A stretch of 64,000 nt of DNA. Source: an uncultured Clostridia bacterium. Lineage in GTDB: Bacteria; Bacillota; Clostridia; TANB77; CAG-508. Positions 47,399 through 55,613 of the stretch are shown here, one piece after another. Both the position numbers and the translations under genes were made by a program. The stretch covers positions 6,797 to 70,796 of the forward strand of contig CAKPBB010000001.1 in the NCBI GenBank assembly GCA_934140005.1. The letters are read 5' to 3'. The stretch's first letter is position 1, and the number at the start of each line of letters is the position of its first letter. Under the pieces are notes generated by a model. It saw nothing but the letters and a program-made list of their open reading frames with translations, searched no databases and was not told where the DNA came from.

Positions 47399-49015
47399 CT
47401 ATTCTATTATATTGATGTCAATTCCAAAATCTGCCCCAAAATCGTTCTCTGGATTTTGTTTTACTTGATTACTTGCCTTGCCATCAACAAATTTTAAATT
47501 TATTTCTTTGCCAACTTCCATAAACACAGTTTTATCTAGGTCATTTTTATTGGCTGAATCTTCTAAAATTTTTCTTGTGAAGTCTGTTAAACCATTTACA
47601 AATATAACTTCCCATGTTAAGTCATTAACTGGATTTATTTTTGTATTAACTAAAGTTGTATATAATCTTATTTTCCCTGATTGTTTTAGACTAGCAATAA
47701 CATTTTTCCAAACTTCTGCTTCTTTTCCATTTGTATTCATAGGCTCTTTTTTTACTGCTGGTTGGCTTGCTTGTGCTACTGTACTTCTAGTAGGTATTGC
47801 ACTAGTTCTTGGAGCACTTTGTCGTGCTGGACTAACTTGTAAATTAGCTAATTTATTTTCTAAATTTGCAATTCTTTGCTCTAAAGCTGATGTATCAACA
47901 TTTGATACTATTCCATTTACATCTGAACCAGAATTTTTAGCCAATGCACACACTTTTATTACACCTGTTTGAAACATAATAGTCTTTTGTGCAGACCATT
48001 TAATATTATTTTCCAAATCTGACAATTGATATATTATTTTTAATAATGTATCTTTTGAAACCTTTTCTGCTAATTGTTTTATTTGTGTGATTTCATCATC
48101 TGAATATAGTTCTAATTTATTTGTAGATTTATATATTAAAATATCCTTTACATATTTTATAACTTCCCATAAGAAATTATATAAATCTTTTCCATCTTTT
48201 AAGACGTCATCTATTGCTGATAAACTAGTTATTTCGTCACCATCAATTATTCCAGTTACCATTTTATTTATTGTAACTAAACTTGGAATTCCTACTAATT
48301 CTTTTACTATCTGAGAAGTAACTTTTTCGCTACTTTCCTGATAGCATCTTTCTAGTATACTGATAGCATCTCTCATTGCGCCTTCTGCAAGAATTGCAAT
48401 CAATTTCAAAGCATCTTCATCAATAGTAATTTCTGCATCTGCACAAATTACTTTTAATCTTTTTATGATATCATCTTCTGAAATTTTCTTAAAATCAAAT
48501 CTTTGGCATCTTGAAAGAATTGTTGTTGGCAATTTCTGTGGTTCTGTTGTTGCCAAAATAAATTTTACATGTTCTGGTGGTTCTTCCAAAGTTTTTAATA
48601 AAGCATTAAAAGCTCCAACAGATAACATGTGAACCTCATCTATAATATATACCCTGTATTTTGCTTTTGTTGGCAAAAAATTTACCTCATCACGAATACT
48701 TCTAATATCTTCTACACTATTATTTGAAGCAGCATCCATTTCAACAACATCTGTTAATGAACCATCCAAAATTTCTTTGCATATCTCACATTCATTACAA
48801 GGCTCTCCATCTTGTGGATTTAAACAGTTTACTGCTCTTGCTAAAATTTTGGCAGATGTAGTTTTTCCTGTTCCTCTACCTCCGTTAAATAAATAAGCAT
48901 GTCCTACTCTACCAGACATTATCTGATTTTTTAAAGTTCTTGTTATTCTATCTTGTCCTACCATATCAGAAAATTTAAGTGGTCTAAATTTCCTATACAA
49001 AGCTGTATACGCCAT
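47399..49015 (-). CDS. dnaX: DNA polymerase III subunit gamma/tau
   Basis: Start moved from 49090 to ATG 49015 (MAYTALYRKFRP). Contains GGRGTGKTTSA, a Cys-rich zinc module and DEVHMLS. Confidence 0.92.
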   Translation of the reverse strand: MAYTALYRKFRPLKFSDMVGQDRITRTLKNQIMSGRVGHAYLFNGGRGTGKTTSAKILARAVNCLNPQDGEPCNECEICKEILDGSLTDVVEMDAASNNSVEDIRSIRDEVNFLPTKAKYRVYIIDEVHMLSVGAFNALLKTLEEPPEHVKFILATTEPQKLPTTILSRCQRFDFKKISEDDIIKRLKVICADAEITIDEDALKLIAILAEGAMRDAISILERCYQESSEKVTSQIVKELVGIPSLVTINKMVTGIIDGDEITSLSAIDDVLKDGKDLYNFLWEVIKYVKDILIYKSTNKLELYSDDEITQIKQLAEKVSKDTLLKIIYQLSDLENNIKWSAQKTIMFQTGVIKVCALAKNSGSDVNGIVSNVDTSALEQRIANLENKLANLQVSPARQSAPRTSAIPTRSTVAQASQPAVKKEPMNTNGKEAEVWKNVIASLKQSGKIRLYTTLVNTKINPVNDLTWEVIFVNGLTDFTRKILEDSANKNDLDKTVFMEVGKEINLKFVDGKASNQVKQNPENDFGADFGIDINIIE

Positions 49016-49045
49016 TTTTTTACACCTCTTTTTCCTATATAAAAT

Positions 49046-49178
49046 AGAAAGGCTTTCCTTAAGGAAGGTATGCAAACTCACATAATACACTATTTATCGC
49101 TGCTTTCTTCCGAACCTGACGAGATTCATAGCTTTTTATTGAAACATACCTTCCTTAAGAAAAGCCTCATCATTAACT
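49046..49178 (-). ncRNA. ffs: signal recognition particle RNA, short (4.5S-like) form
   Basis: The minus strand carries CGUCAGGUUCGGAAGAAAGCAGCG, the conserved helix-8 GUCAGGU.CGGAAG.AAGCAGC motif. It sits at the tip of a hairpin closed by about 22 bp (GGCTTTTCTTAAGGAAGGTATG/CATACCTTCCTTAAGGAAAGCC). The classic position upstream of dnaX fits. Confidence 0.8.
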
Positions 49179-49184
49179 ATTGCA

Positions 49185-49213
49185 ATTATATAATGAATTT
49201 CTTATTTTGGCAA
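49185..49213 (-). promoter_or_regulatory. sigma-A promoter of the SRP RNA
   Basis: On the minus strand: TTGCCA (49208-49213), 17-nt spacer, TATAAT (49185-49190). Confidence 0.55.
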
Positions 49214-49220
49214 TACTTTT

Positions 49221-49958
49221 TTAATTACTTTTTACTCTTTTAAATACAACATTTTCAAAATCTGTTATTTCTTCATTTGTAGAACCTTCTTTTATTAAGT
49301 CTCCCACTGGTGTTTGTACATTTACATTTCCTTTATATATTACATTATCATTAGTTTGTATTGCAATATCAAATGATAAATTTACTGCAATATCTTCATT
49401 TTTTATTCCTAATTTATTTAATAAACTACCATTATAAACTATTTCTGTGTCATCATTTGATATGTAATTTCCTAAATTTTCAAGTGCTAATCTAAATCCT
49501 GTAACTCCACCATTATTAGATACTTGTAAGCTTTTTAAATCATCTATCTTATCACCTAAATAAACAATTTTATCTCCAATATAATTTTGTTTACTTTGAT
49601 TATATAAATTGTTTAATTCTCCTGTTGGTCTATATATTTTAGTTTCTCCTAAATCTTTCTTTTGAATAACAAAATTATCATATGTAATTGATTTAATAGT
49701 TTGACTTTCCCCTTCTTTTTCAGGGTCTATATAAATATAAAAATCATTAACTTGATTTAAACTTATATTCCATAAATTTTGATTATCTTCTACTTTATTC
49801 CCATCAACTGTACTTATTATAAGGATTTTACTTAATTTATATGGCAAATGTTTTTCACCTTCAACTTCATATTTCAGCATAACCATTATAGCCAACAATA
49901 CAATTATTGCAAAACAACTTATAAAAATGCATCTCTTAAATAGATTCTTTTTTTTCAT
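49221..49958 (-). CDS. hypothetical membrane-anchored protein
   Basis: 245 aa with an N-terminal TM anchor. Overlaps the tadA 3' end by 23 nt, so it is probably co-transcribed. Confidence 0.5.
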   Translation of the reverse strand: MKKKNLFKRCIFISCFAIIVLLAIMVMLKYEVEGEKHLPYKLSKILIISTVDGNKVEDNQNLWNISLNQVNDFYIYIDPEKEGESQTIKSITYDNFVIQKKDLGETKIYRPTGELNNLYNQSKQNYIGDKIVYLGDKIDDLKSLQVSNNGGVTGFRLALENLGNYISNDDTEIVYNGSLLNKLGIKNEDIAVNLSFDIAIQTNDNVIYKGNVNVQTPVGDLIKEGSTNEEITDFENVVFKRVKSN

Positions 49959-50415
49959 TTTTGTTCCTTTCCCTTAACATCTTAAAAAATTCTTTTAATA
50001 TCTGTTCACATTCTTCTTTTAAAATATATTTTTCTATCTCTATTTTATGATTAAATTTATAATCTTCTAGCAAGTTTAAAACAGACCCACAAGCTCCTGT
50101 TTTTGGGTCATCTGTTCCAATATATATTTTTTTAATCCTTGATTGAATCAAAGCACCAGCACACATAGAACATGGCTCTAGAGTTATGTACATTTCACAA
50201 TTTTCTAATCTCCACGCATCTAACTTTTTACTAGCTTTTTCAATTGCAAGAATTTCAGCATGTGATGTAGCTTTTTTATTATATTCTTTCAAATTATGTG
50301 CCCTAGCTATTATTTTTCCATCTTTAACTATAACTGCACCCACTGGCACTTCTTCTTTATCAAATGCTTTTTTGGCTTCTTTCAAAGCCTCTTTCATATA
50401 AAATTCTTTTTCCAT
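49936..50415 (-). CDS. tadA: tRNA adenosine(34) deaminase TadA
   Basis: 159 aa with HAEILAIE and PCSMCAGAL zinc-binding motifs. Confidence 0.9.
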   Translation of the reverse strand: MEKEFYMKEALKEAKKAFDKEEVPVGAVIVKDGKIIARAHNLKEYNKKATSHAEILAIEKASKKLDAWRLENCEMYITLEPCSMCAGALIQSRIKKIYIGTDDPKTGACGSVLNLLEDYKFNHKIEIEKYILKEECEQILKEFFKMLRERNKNEKKESI

Positions 50416-50550
50416 ATAAATTCCTAACTTTAATTTATAAGAATTTTACAATAAAACATAAAAAAAATCAATATAAAATATTTTTACAAAAAAATTAAAT
50501 TTATGCGACAAAATGTCTAGTTCAAAACATCTTATATATGGGTGAAATAA

Positions 50551-51225
50551 ATGTATAGTATTTTAGTTGTAGAAAATAATTTAGAAAAAATTGAAAAAAT
50601 AATAAATACAGTATCTTTAGAAAGTCAATATTTACGTATATTAAATATTGCTTCAAATTTTGAAACTGCAGTAGAATTCATATCAAAAAATAAATATGAT
50701 TTTATAATTGCTGGTATTTATCAAGAGGAGGTGATGAATATTGTTATTGCTCAGAAAAATGATTATTGCTCTCTACTTCTTATAGCACACTGTGTATGCA
50801 CAAATTCTTTAAAGTCTCAAAATAGTTTTAAAGAATTTATACATATACAAGAATTGCATCAAAAATTAAAAGAACTAATAGTTAACAAGAACAACTCTGA
50901 AAAAACACGAATTAAAATACATAATGAACTTGAATATTTATGTTATAATCAATTTTATGTTGGCACTAAATATTTGGAAGAAATTATATTCGAACTATAC
51001 AAATCCAAAAACACATTTGCTGGTAATTTAAAGAAAGAAATTTATCCAATTATTGCAAAAAGATATAATAAAAGTATAGATACAATATATTGTGATATTA
51101 AATTATCAACTCGCAATATGATATTAGACTGTAAAGAAGAAAAAATAATAAAATATTTTAGTTACAGTTATTTCGTAACACCAAAAGTCAAAGAAATTAT
51201 ATTAACCATATTAAATAAAATTTAA
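50551..51225 (+). CDS. Spo0A-C-terminal-domain protein with degenerate receiver-like N-terminus
   Basis: The C-terminal half (IHNELEYL...GTKYLEEIIFELYK...KEIYPIIAKRYNKSIDTIYCDIKLSTRNM) follows the Spo0A_C helix pattern. The N-terminus is REC-shaped but reads ENN / DFIIAGIY where the acidic pocket and phospho-acceptor Asp are expected. Confidence 0.55.
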   Translation: MYSILVVENNLEKIEKIINTVSLESQYLRILNIASNFETAVEFISKNKYDFIIAGIYQEEVMNIVIAQKNDYCSLLLIAHCVCTNSLKSQNSFKEFIHIQELHQKLKELIVNKNNSEKTRIKIHNELEYLCYNQFYVGTKYLEEIIFELYKSKNTFAGNLKKEIYPIIAKRYNKSIDTIYCDIKLSTRNMILDCKEEKIIKYFSYSYFVTPKVKEIILTILNKI

Positions 51226-51244
51226 TATATAGCAAGGAGGCAAA

Positions 51245-51764
51245 ATGGAAGAACTTATATCGCTTGCCAAGAAGCGGAGATGAAAAAGCTTTTACAGAGT
51301 TAATGATAACACTTGAAAAAGATATGTATAAAATAGCAAGAACTAGATTCAATGATATAAACGATATTGAGGAAGTTGTGCAAGAAACAATGATACAAGC
51401 TTTTAAATCGATTAAAAAAATAAAAGACTCAAAAAAATTTAAAAACTGGTTATTTAAAATTCTAATAAATAAATCAAATTTATTATATAAGAAAAAGAAA
51501 CAAACTATCGAATATAAAAACAGTATGGAAAGAGATTGGTATTACAGTACTGAAAATATAGATAGTCGTTTAGATTTCATGTATTTAATTAAGGACCTAA
51601 ACTATGATGAAAAAATAACAATAACTTTATTTTATTTAGAAGATTTTACATCAAGTGAAATTGCTAAAATTTTAAAGGAATCGGAAAGTACTATTAGAAA
51701 TAGACTTTCTCGAGCAAGGAGAAAAATAAAAGAAAATATGGAAGGAGATTTAGTCAATGGATAA
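51245..51764 (+). CDS. ECF-type sigma-70 family factor; reading frame needs a +1 shift at codon CGG 51275-51277
   Basis: ATG 51245 lies behind AAGGAGG and gives MEELISLAKK-R-R-stop (TGA 51281). Skipping C51275 gives MEELISLAKKGDEKAFTELM..., the canonical sigma N-terminus. The remainder has region 2 and region 4 patterns (the ORF-track ORF 51264..51764). Confidence 0.75.
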
Positions 51765-52935
51765 TTTAGATAATAAAATCAGTGAAATTTTCAAAAAAGA
51801 TATTGAACTTCCAAATAGTTATCAGTATACTATTAGAAATACTATAAAAGCTCAAAATAAAAAAAGACATTTAAAAAATAAATTTAAGCTTATTCCTACA
51901 ATTAGTGGTATTGCCATTTTAGTCTCTACTGTTGCATTTGCAACAACAACATTTATCCAAGAAGCATTAGAATATTATAATAGCTCAAAAGCAATAAACA
52001 GAGCTATTTCCGAAGGATACATTGAAGAAACAAATATGAATTATATAGAATCAAATGGTACAGAAATTAAAGTTAAAGATTTTTTAATGGATGATTTCAA
52101 TCTCGCACTTACATTTAATATTGCACTACAAAATGATATCAATATTAAAGAAATTGCAGATACAAAAATTTCTCATTTCATACTTACAGATGAAAATAAA
52201 AATATTATATATTGTGATTCTGAAGATTTATTTAATGATTTCGTTAAAGAAAACAATTTAAATTATCAATTTAGGAAATATTCTGATGGCTATCTAAATG
52301 TTGGTTTTGGCTATTTTATAAGAGAAAAATATACAGATAATAATTCAATGGAGTATGTATTTAAAATATACGGAGAAAACTTTCCAAAATCTAAAAAGTT
52401 ATATTTAAATTTTAATAATTTGGAACTTTCTAACTCTGAAACAGATGATAATAATAAGTTTATGTTATCTGGAAATTGGAATATAGAACTTGATGTACCA
52501 TCAAAGTTTTATAATAGAGAAGCTGTAATATATAATGTAATTAAATGTAGTGATCCTGATATATATGATACTAGTGCAGTAGTATACGATACTGGTATGA
52601 AATTTCACTTTAAGAAGAAAATTCCTAAAATTTGTGATGAAGGTGATAGCAAAGAAGTAATTCATGAAAAGTTAGTAAAAAAAATAAATGAAGATAATTA
52701 TAATAGAAAAAATAATATAAATCAATCTGATTGGGCCTATATAGAAGCTGAAAATGGTACAAAATATTCTGTTTCTGATGGAGCATTCGGAGATTTACAT
52801 TATAGTTTTGCATACATAGATGGATTTATAGATTATTATGAAACTTTTGACTTTAATCTTTCTGATATCCAAAACAATATAAAAATATATGTTGGACTTA
52901 GAGATGAAGTTTATACATTTGAACTAAAAAAATAA
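51757..52935 (+). CDS. DUF4179-like anti-sigma factor candidate (single-pass membrane protein)
   Basis: Overlaps the sigma gene stop by 8 nt. Short cytoplasmic N-terminus, one TM segment (IPTISGIAILVSTVAFA) and a large extracytoplasmic domain. Confidence 0.6.
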   Translation: MDNLDNKISEIFKKDIELPNSYQYTIRNTIKAQNKKRHLKNKFKLIPTISGIAILVSTVAFATTTFIQEALEYYNSSKAINRAISEGYIEETNMNYIESNGTEIKVKDFLMDDFNLALTFNIALQNDINIKEIADTKISHFILTDENKNIIYCDSEDLFNDFVKENNLNYQFRKYSDGYLNVGFGYFIREKYTDNNSMEYVFKIYGENFPKSKKLYLNFNNLELSNSETDDNNKFMLSGNWNIELDVPSKFYNREAVIYNVIKCSDPDIYDTSAVVYDTGMKFHFKKKIPKICDEGDSKEVIHEKLVKKINEDNYNRKNNINQSDWAYIEAENGTKYSVSDGAFGDLHYSFAYIDGFIDYYETFDFNLSDIQNNIKIYVGLRDEVYTFELKK

Positions 52936-52986
52936 AATTCCTTTTATTCCTTTTTTTAGAATAGTCATAAATTTTAAAGTATAATG

Positions 52987-53017
52987 TTTTTAAATTTCAG
53001 ACTCTGAAATTTAAAAA
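52987..53017 (+). terminator. terminator-like perfect palindrome
   Basis: TTTTTAAATTTCAG-ACT-CTGAAATTTAAAAA. Confidence 0.4.
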
Positions 53018-53079
53018 GAAGTTTTCTTAAACTTCGACCCCCAAAAAACACACATTTTACAACACAAAAGGAGAAAGAA

Positions 53080-53553
53080 ATGCTTAAAAAAATCTGCCCT
53101 CTTCGGCATAGCACTATCATCGCAATTTTTTTAGTATTTGCAATCTGTCTATCAAGTGCATTGTCTGCCTATGCAGATAATGTTACCGTTTTCGGTTACG
53201 GATATAATCGTATTAACGATATGACAATCGAAAACAAAAACACAACTCCAGGAAAACAAATTCCTGGAAATTATATTCAAATTTCCTTCAATTTCAGAAG
53301 GGCAAGTAGTGATCGAGGTGTTGGAGATATAAAAGTCACAATTCAAATTCTTGATGAAGACTTTAGACCCATCACAAAAAAAGTCGTTACATGTTCTGCT
53401 GGATATGACTACGAAGGCTATGAGTCTGATATGATTTATCTTGGAGGTGAAAACAAAATCATTCATTTCTGGATGGATATCAGTTCTGCTGGAAGTTCAA
53501 ATGGGCACTATAGAAAGGCAGATATAAATGAATTTTATGTAAACGTGATATAA
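53080..53553 (+). CDS. hypothetical secreted protein (higher G+C)
   Basis: 157 aa with a signal peptide (…LSSALSAYADN). Composition is GC-richer than the flanks. Confidence 0.5.
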   Translation: MLKKICPLRHSTIIAIFLVFAICLSSALSAYADNVTVFGYGYNRINDMTIENKNTTPGKQIPGNYIQISFNFRRASSDRGVGDIKVTIQILDEDFRPITKKVVTCSAGYDYEGYESDMIYLGGENKIIHFWMDISSAGSSNGHYRKADINEFYVNVI

Positions 53554-53597
53554 AGCATCACCAAACAAAGTATAATAAACAAATTTAGTGTGTGTTT

Positions 53598-53634
53598 CCG
53601 CTGTTGTCATCTGGGGCAACAGCGGTTTTATTTT
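53598..53634 (+). terminator. GC-rich rho-independent terminator
   Basis: CCGCTGTTG/CAACAGCGG followed by TTTTATTTT. Overlaps the stop of the convergent HipA-like gene. Confidence 0.75.
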
Positions 53635-54866
53635 ATAAGTCCTTTTTTACTCATCATACTTTCAAACACATTTATTCTTTCTTGATATCCTTCTACAAGT
53701 TCTTGAACCTGCTCCTGTGAAAGATTTGTATATTCTCTATATTGTTCTAGTAATTTTTCATATTCCTGATTTAATTGTTTTAATTCAAAAATTTGTTTTT
53801 CACTAATTGAAATTGTAAAAATTTCTGTTAATATTTCACTTGAAACTAATACTGGTGAGAAAAATTTCACTTCTCCATTTTTGAAATTCCAATAATTTTT
53901 AGTTACATTTGTATTCATACTTCTACCAGTATCAAATATTGGACATACAGAAATCCAATTTAAAGAATTTACATCTCTTATAATTCCAAAATTATTCAAA
54001 TGTCTATCTTCATTTAACATTATATAATCCAACATAAACATTTTTTCTATGTATTCTTTTGCATGTGGTATATTATGCAACTCTAAAATTTCTAAATATT
54101 TTTTATAGTTTTCCATATAATTTTCAGTCTTATTATCTGATAATAAATTATATGCATTTATTATTTCTTGATTTTTGTTTATTGTACATTCACAAACGCT
54201 TACTAATGTATCTTGTCTCTTACTCTTTATTACATCAATTGAATATTTAACATATGGCACATCTAAAATTTCACAAATTTTGCTTGCTAAGACCTCATTT
54301 ATAGGTTCAAAATTATATAAAGTTCCTGAAGCTTTATATAAATAATTTTTCCCATTAACTTTAAGCCACACTTTTTTAAGTTGTCCATCTGTTGTATTAT
54401 TGGGAGTTTTAAACTTATCTAATGATGAATTATTAAATATGTTTTTGATAGAACTAGTAGCATTTTCTCCAAATGTTGCATTTGCAAAAGCAACTGCATT
54501 ATAAGTATTATCAAAATAATTTATTTCTTCCCATTGTATTGTTAAATCAGATGGTTTTACCCAATATTGATCTGATAAAGATAATGCAAAATGTTTATTT
54601 ATAAGTTCTTTAGTTGTATCAATATTAAATTGCTCCATTATTTCTTTTAAATTATCACGATAAACTGGTATTCCTCTGCCAGAATACCAATTGTTTATTG
54701 ATTTTTCAAGTTTTCCATTACTCTCATAATCACATTTTAATTTATATGGCGCATAATCAATATTGTAAATGTTTAATATTTCAGTAATAATATTTAATTC
54801 TTCATCAAAATTAAACTCTAAAACTTTTATATTTTGATTCATCAAAATATATTTTTTGAAACTCAT
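53628..54866 (-). CDS. HipA-like serine/threonine kinase (toxin-family) protein
   Basis: 412 aa. The kinase-core motif MLNEDRHLNNFGIIRD matches the HipA_C catalytic loop pattern (N-x-D-R-H-x-x-N). No HTH partner gene is adjacent. Confidence 0.6.
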   Translation of the reverse strand: MSFKKYILMNQNIKVLEFNFDEELNIITEILNIYNIDYAPYKLKCDYESNGKLEKSINNWYSGRGIPVYRDNLKEIMEQFNIDTTKELINKHFALSLSDQYWVKPSDLTIQWEEINYFDNTYNAVAFANATFGENATSSIKNIFNNSSLDKFKTPNNTTDGQLKKVWLKVNGKNYLYKASGTLYNFEPINEVLASKICEILDVPYVKYSIDVIKSKRQDTLVSVCECTINKNQEIINAYNLLSDNKTENYMENYKKYLEILELHNIPHAKEYIEKMFMLDYIMLNEDRHLNNFGIIRDVNSLNWISVCPIFDTGRSMNTNVTKNYWNFKNGEVKFFSPVLVSSEILTEIFTISISEKQIFELKQLNQEYEKLLEQYREYTNLSQEQVQELVEGYQERINVFESMMSKKGLIK

Positions 54867-54872
54867 AAAAAT

Positions 54873-54929
54873 CTCCTTTTCGAGTCCGTTTGGAAGTATT
54901 ATTTACTTTGGTCTCCCCATGTGGACTCG
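54873..54929 (-). repeat. 57-nt direct repeat, distal copy: tRNA-Arg 3' fragment (21 nt) plus trailer
   Basis: Matches 54974-55030 with 4 mismatches, at a 101-nt period. Contains the CGAGTCC/GGACTCG inverted arms and supplies the RBS of the HipA-like gene. Confidence 0.85.
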
Positions 54930-54973
54930 GCGAGCCGCGTCGGGAAAAAGATTCACTGAATCTTTTTCTTTTC

Positions 54974-55030
54974 CTCCTTTTCGAGTCCGTTTGGAAGTAT
55001 CGTTTATTTTGGTCTCCCCATGCGGACTCG
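54974..55030 (-). repeat. 57-nt direct repeat, tRNA-proximal copy
   Basis: Covers the last 21 nt of tRNA-Arg (55010-55030) plus 36 nt of 3' trailer. Confidence 0.85.
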
Positions 55031-55085
55031 AACCACAATCGGTAGCTTAGGAGGCTACTGCTCTATCCTGCTGAGCTATGAGGAG
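55010..55085 (-). tRNA. tRNA-Arg (anticodon CCU), CCA encoded
   Basis: Hand-folded cloverleaf. Acceptor CTCCTCA/TGGGGAG, D arm GCTC-AGCAGGATA-GAGC, anticodon arm GTAGC-CTCCTAA-GCTAC, T arm TGTGG-TTCGAGT-CCGCA, discriminator A, then CCA. 76 nt. Confidence 0.9.
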
Positions 55086-55159
55086 ATTATAATTGCACTT
55101 TTATATTAAAGTGCAATTTATTTTTAATATTCCAATCCTAATTAAATCTATAAATTTAA

Positions 55160-55342
55160 TTAAGCATTTAATTTTTCCATTAAATCAGTTACATCTATAC
55201 CATGAACTTCACATGCTTCTTCTAAAGTTTCAGCTTGTGATGCTGGACATCCTAGACAATGCATTCCTGCATCTAATAATATATCTGCTTTATCTGGATA
55301 TTGGTCTAATAATTCTCCAATTGTCATTGTTTTCTCAATCAT
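55160..55342 (-). CDS. DUF1858 / hybrid-cluster-protein-associated redox disulfide domain protein
   Basis: Start moved to ATG 55342, behind [45 protein letters not shown] is the family signature. Confidence 0.7.
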   Translation of the reverse strand: MIEKTMTIGELLDQYPDKADILLDAGMHCLGCPASQAETLEEACEVHGIDVTDLMEKLNA

Positions 55343-55461
55343 TTTTATTCCTCCTTTTATAGAAATCATTGTAATTTTAACATAAAATTTGAAAAAAGTA
55401 TAGACAAATGAAAAAAAATATTGTATTATATACAAAATTCAAGAAAGGCAGGTGACTTTTA

Positions 55462-55605
55462 TTGAATTGGCTGGTAAATTTCTTTTTTATCAGTTTAGGT
55501 ATCAATTTTTTTATTATCATTTATTTTTTATATTCTTTGTTAGATACATTTTTTTCTAAGAATTTACAAGGTTCAAAATTATCTATCAAAAAGAAAAAAC
55601 TATAG
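55462..55605 (+). CDS. possible 47-aa small membrane protein
   Basis: TTG start with a weak RBS. The product is hydrophobic (LNWLVNFFFISLGINFFIIIYFLYSLL...). The stop overlaps the RBS of the next gene. Below the ORF-track length cutoff. Confidence 0.2.
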   Translation: MNWLVNFFFISLGINFFIIIYFLYSLLDTFFSKNLQGSKLSIKKKKL

Positions 55606-55613
55606 GAGGTACT

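Noticed and set aside
54811-55050. ORFs 54811..55038 (-) and 54856..55050 (+).
   Set aside because: They span the tRNA-Arg gene and its duplicated 3' fragment. The open frames are a by-product of the repeat.
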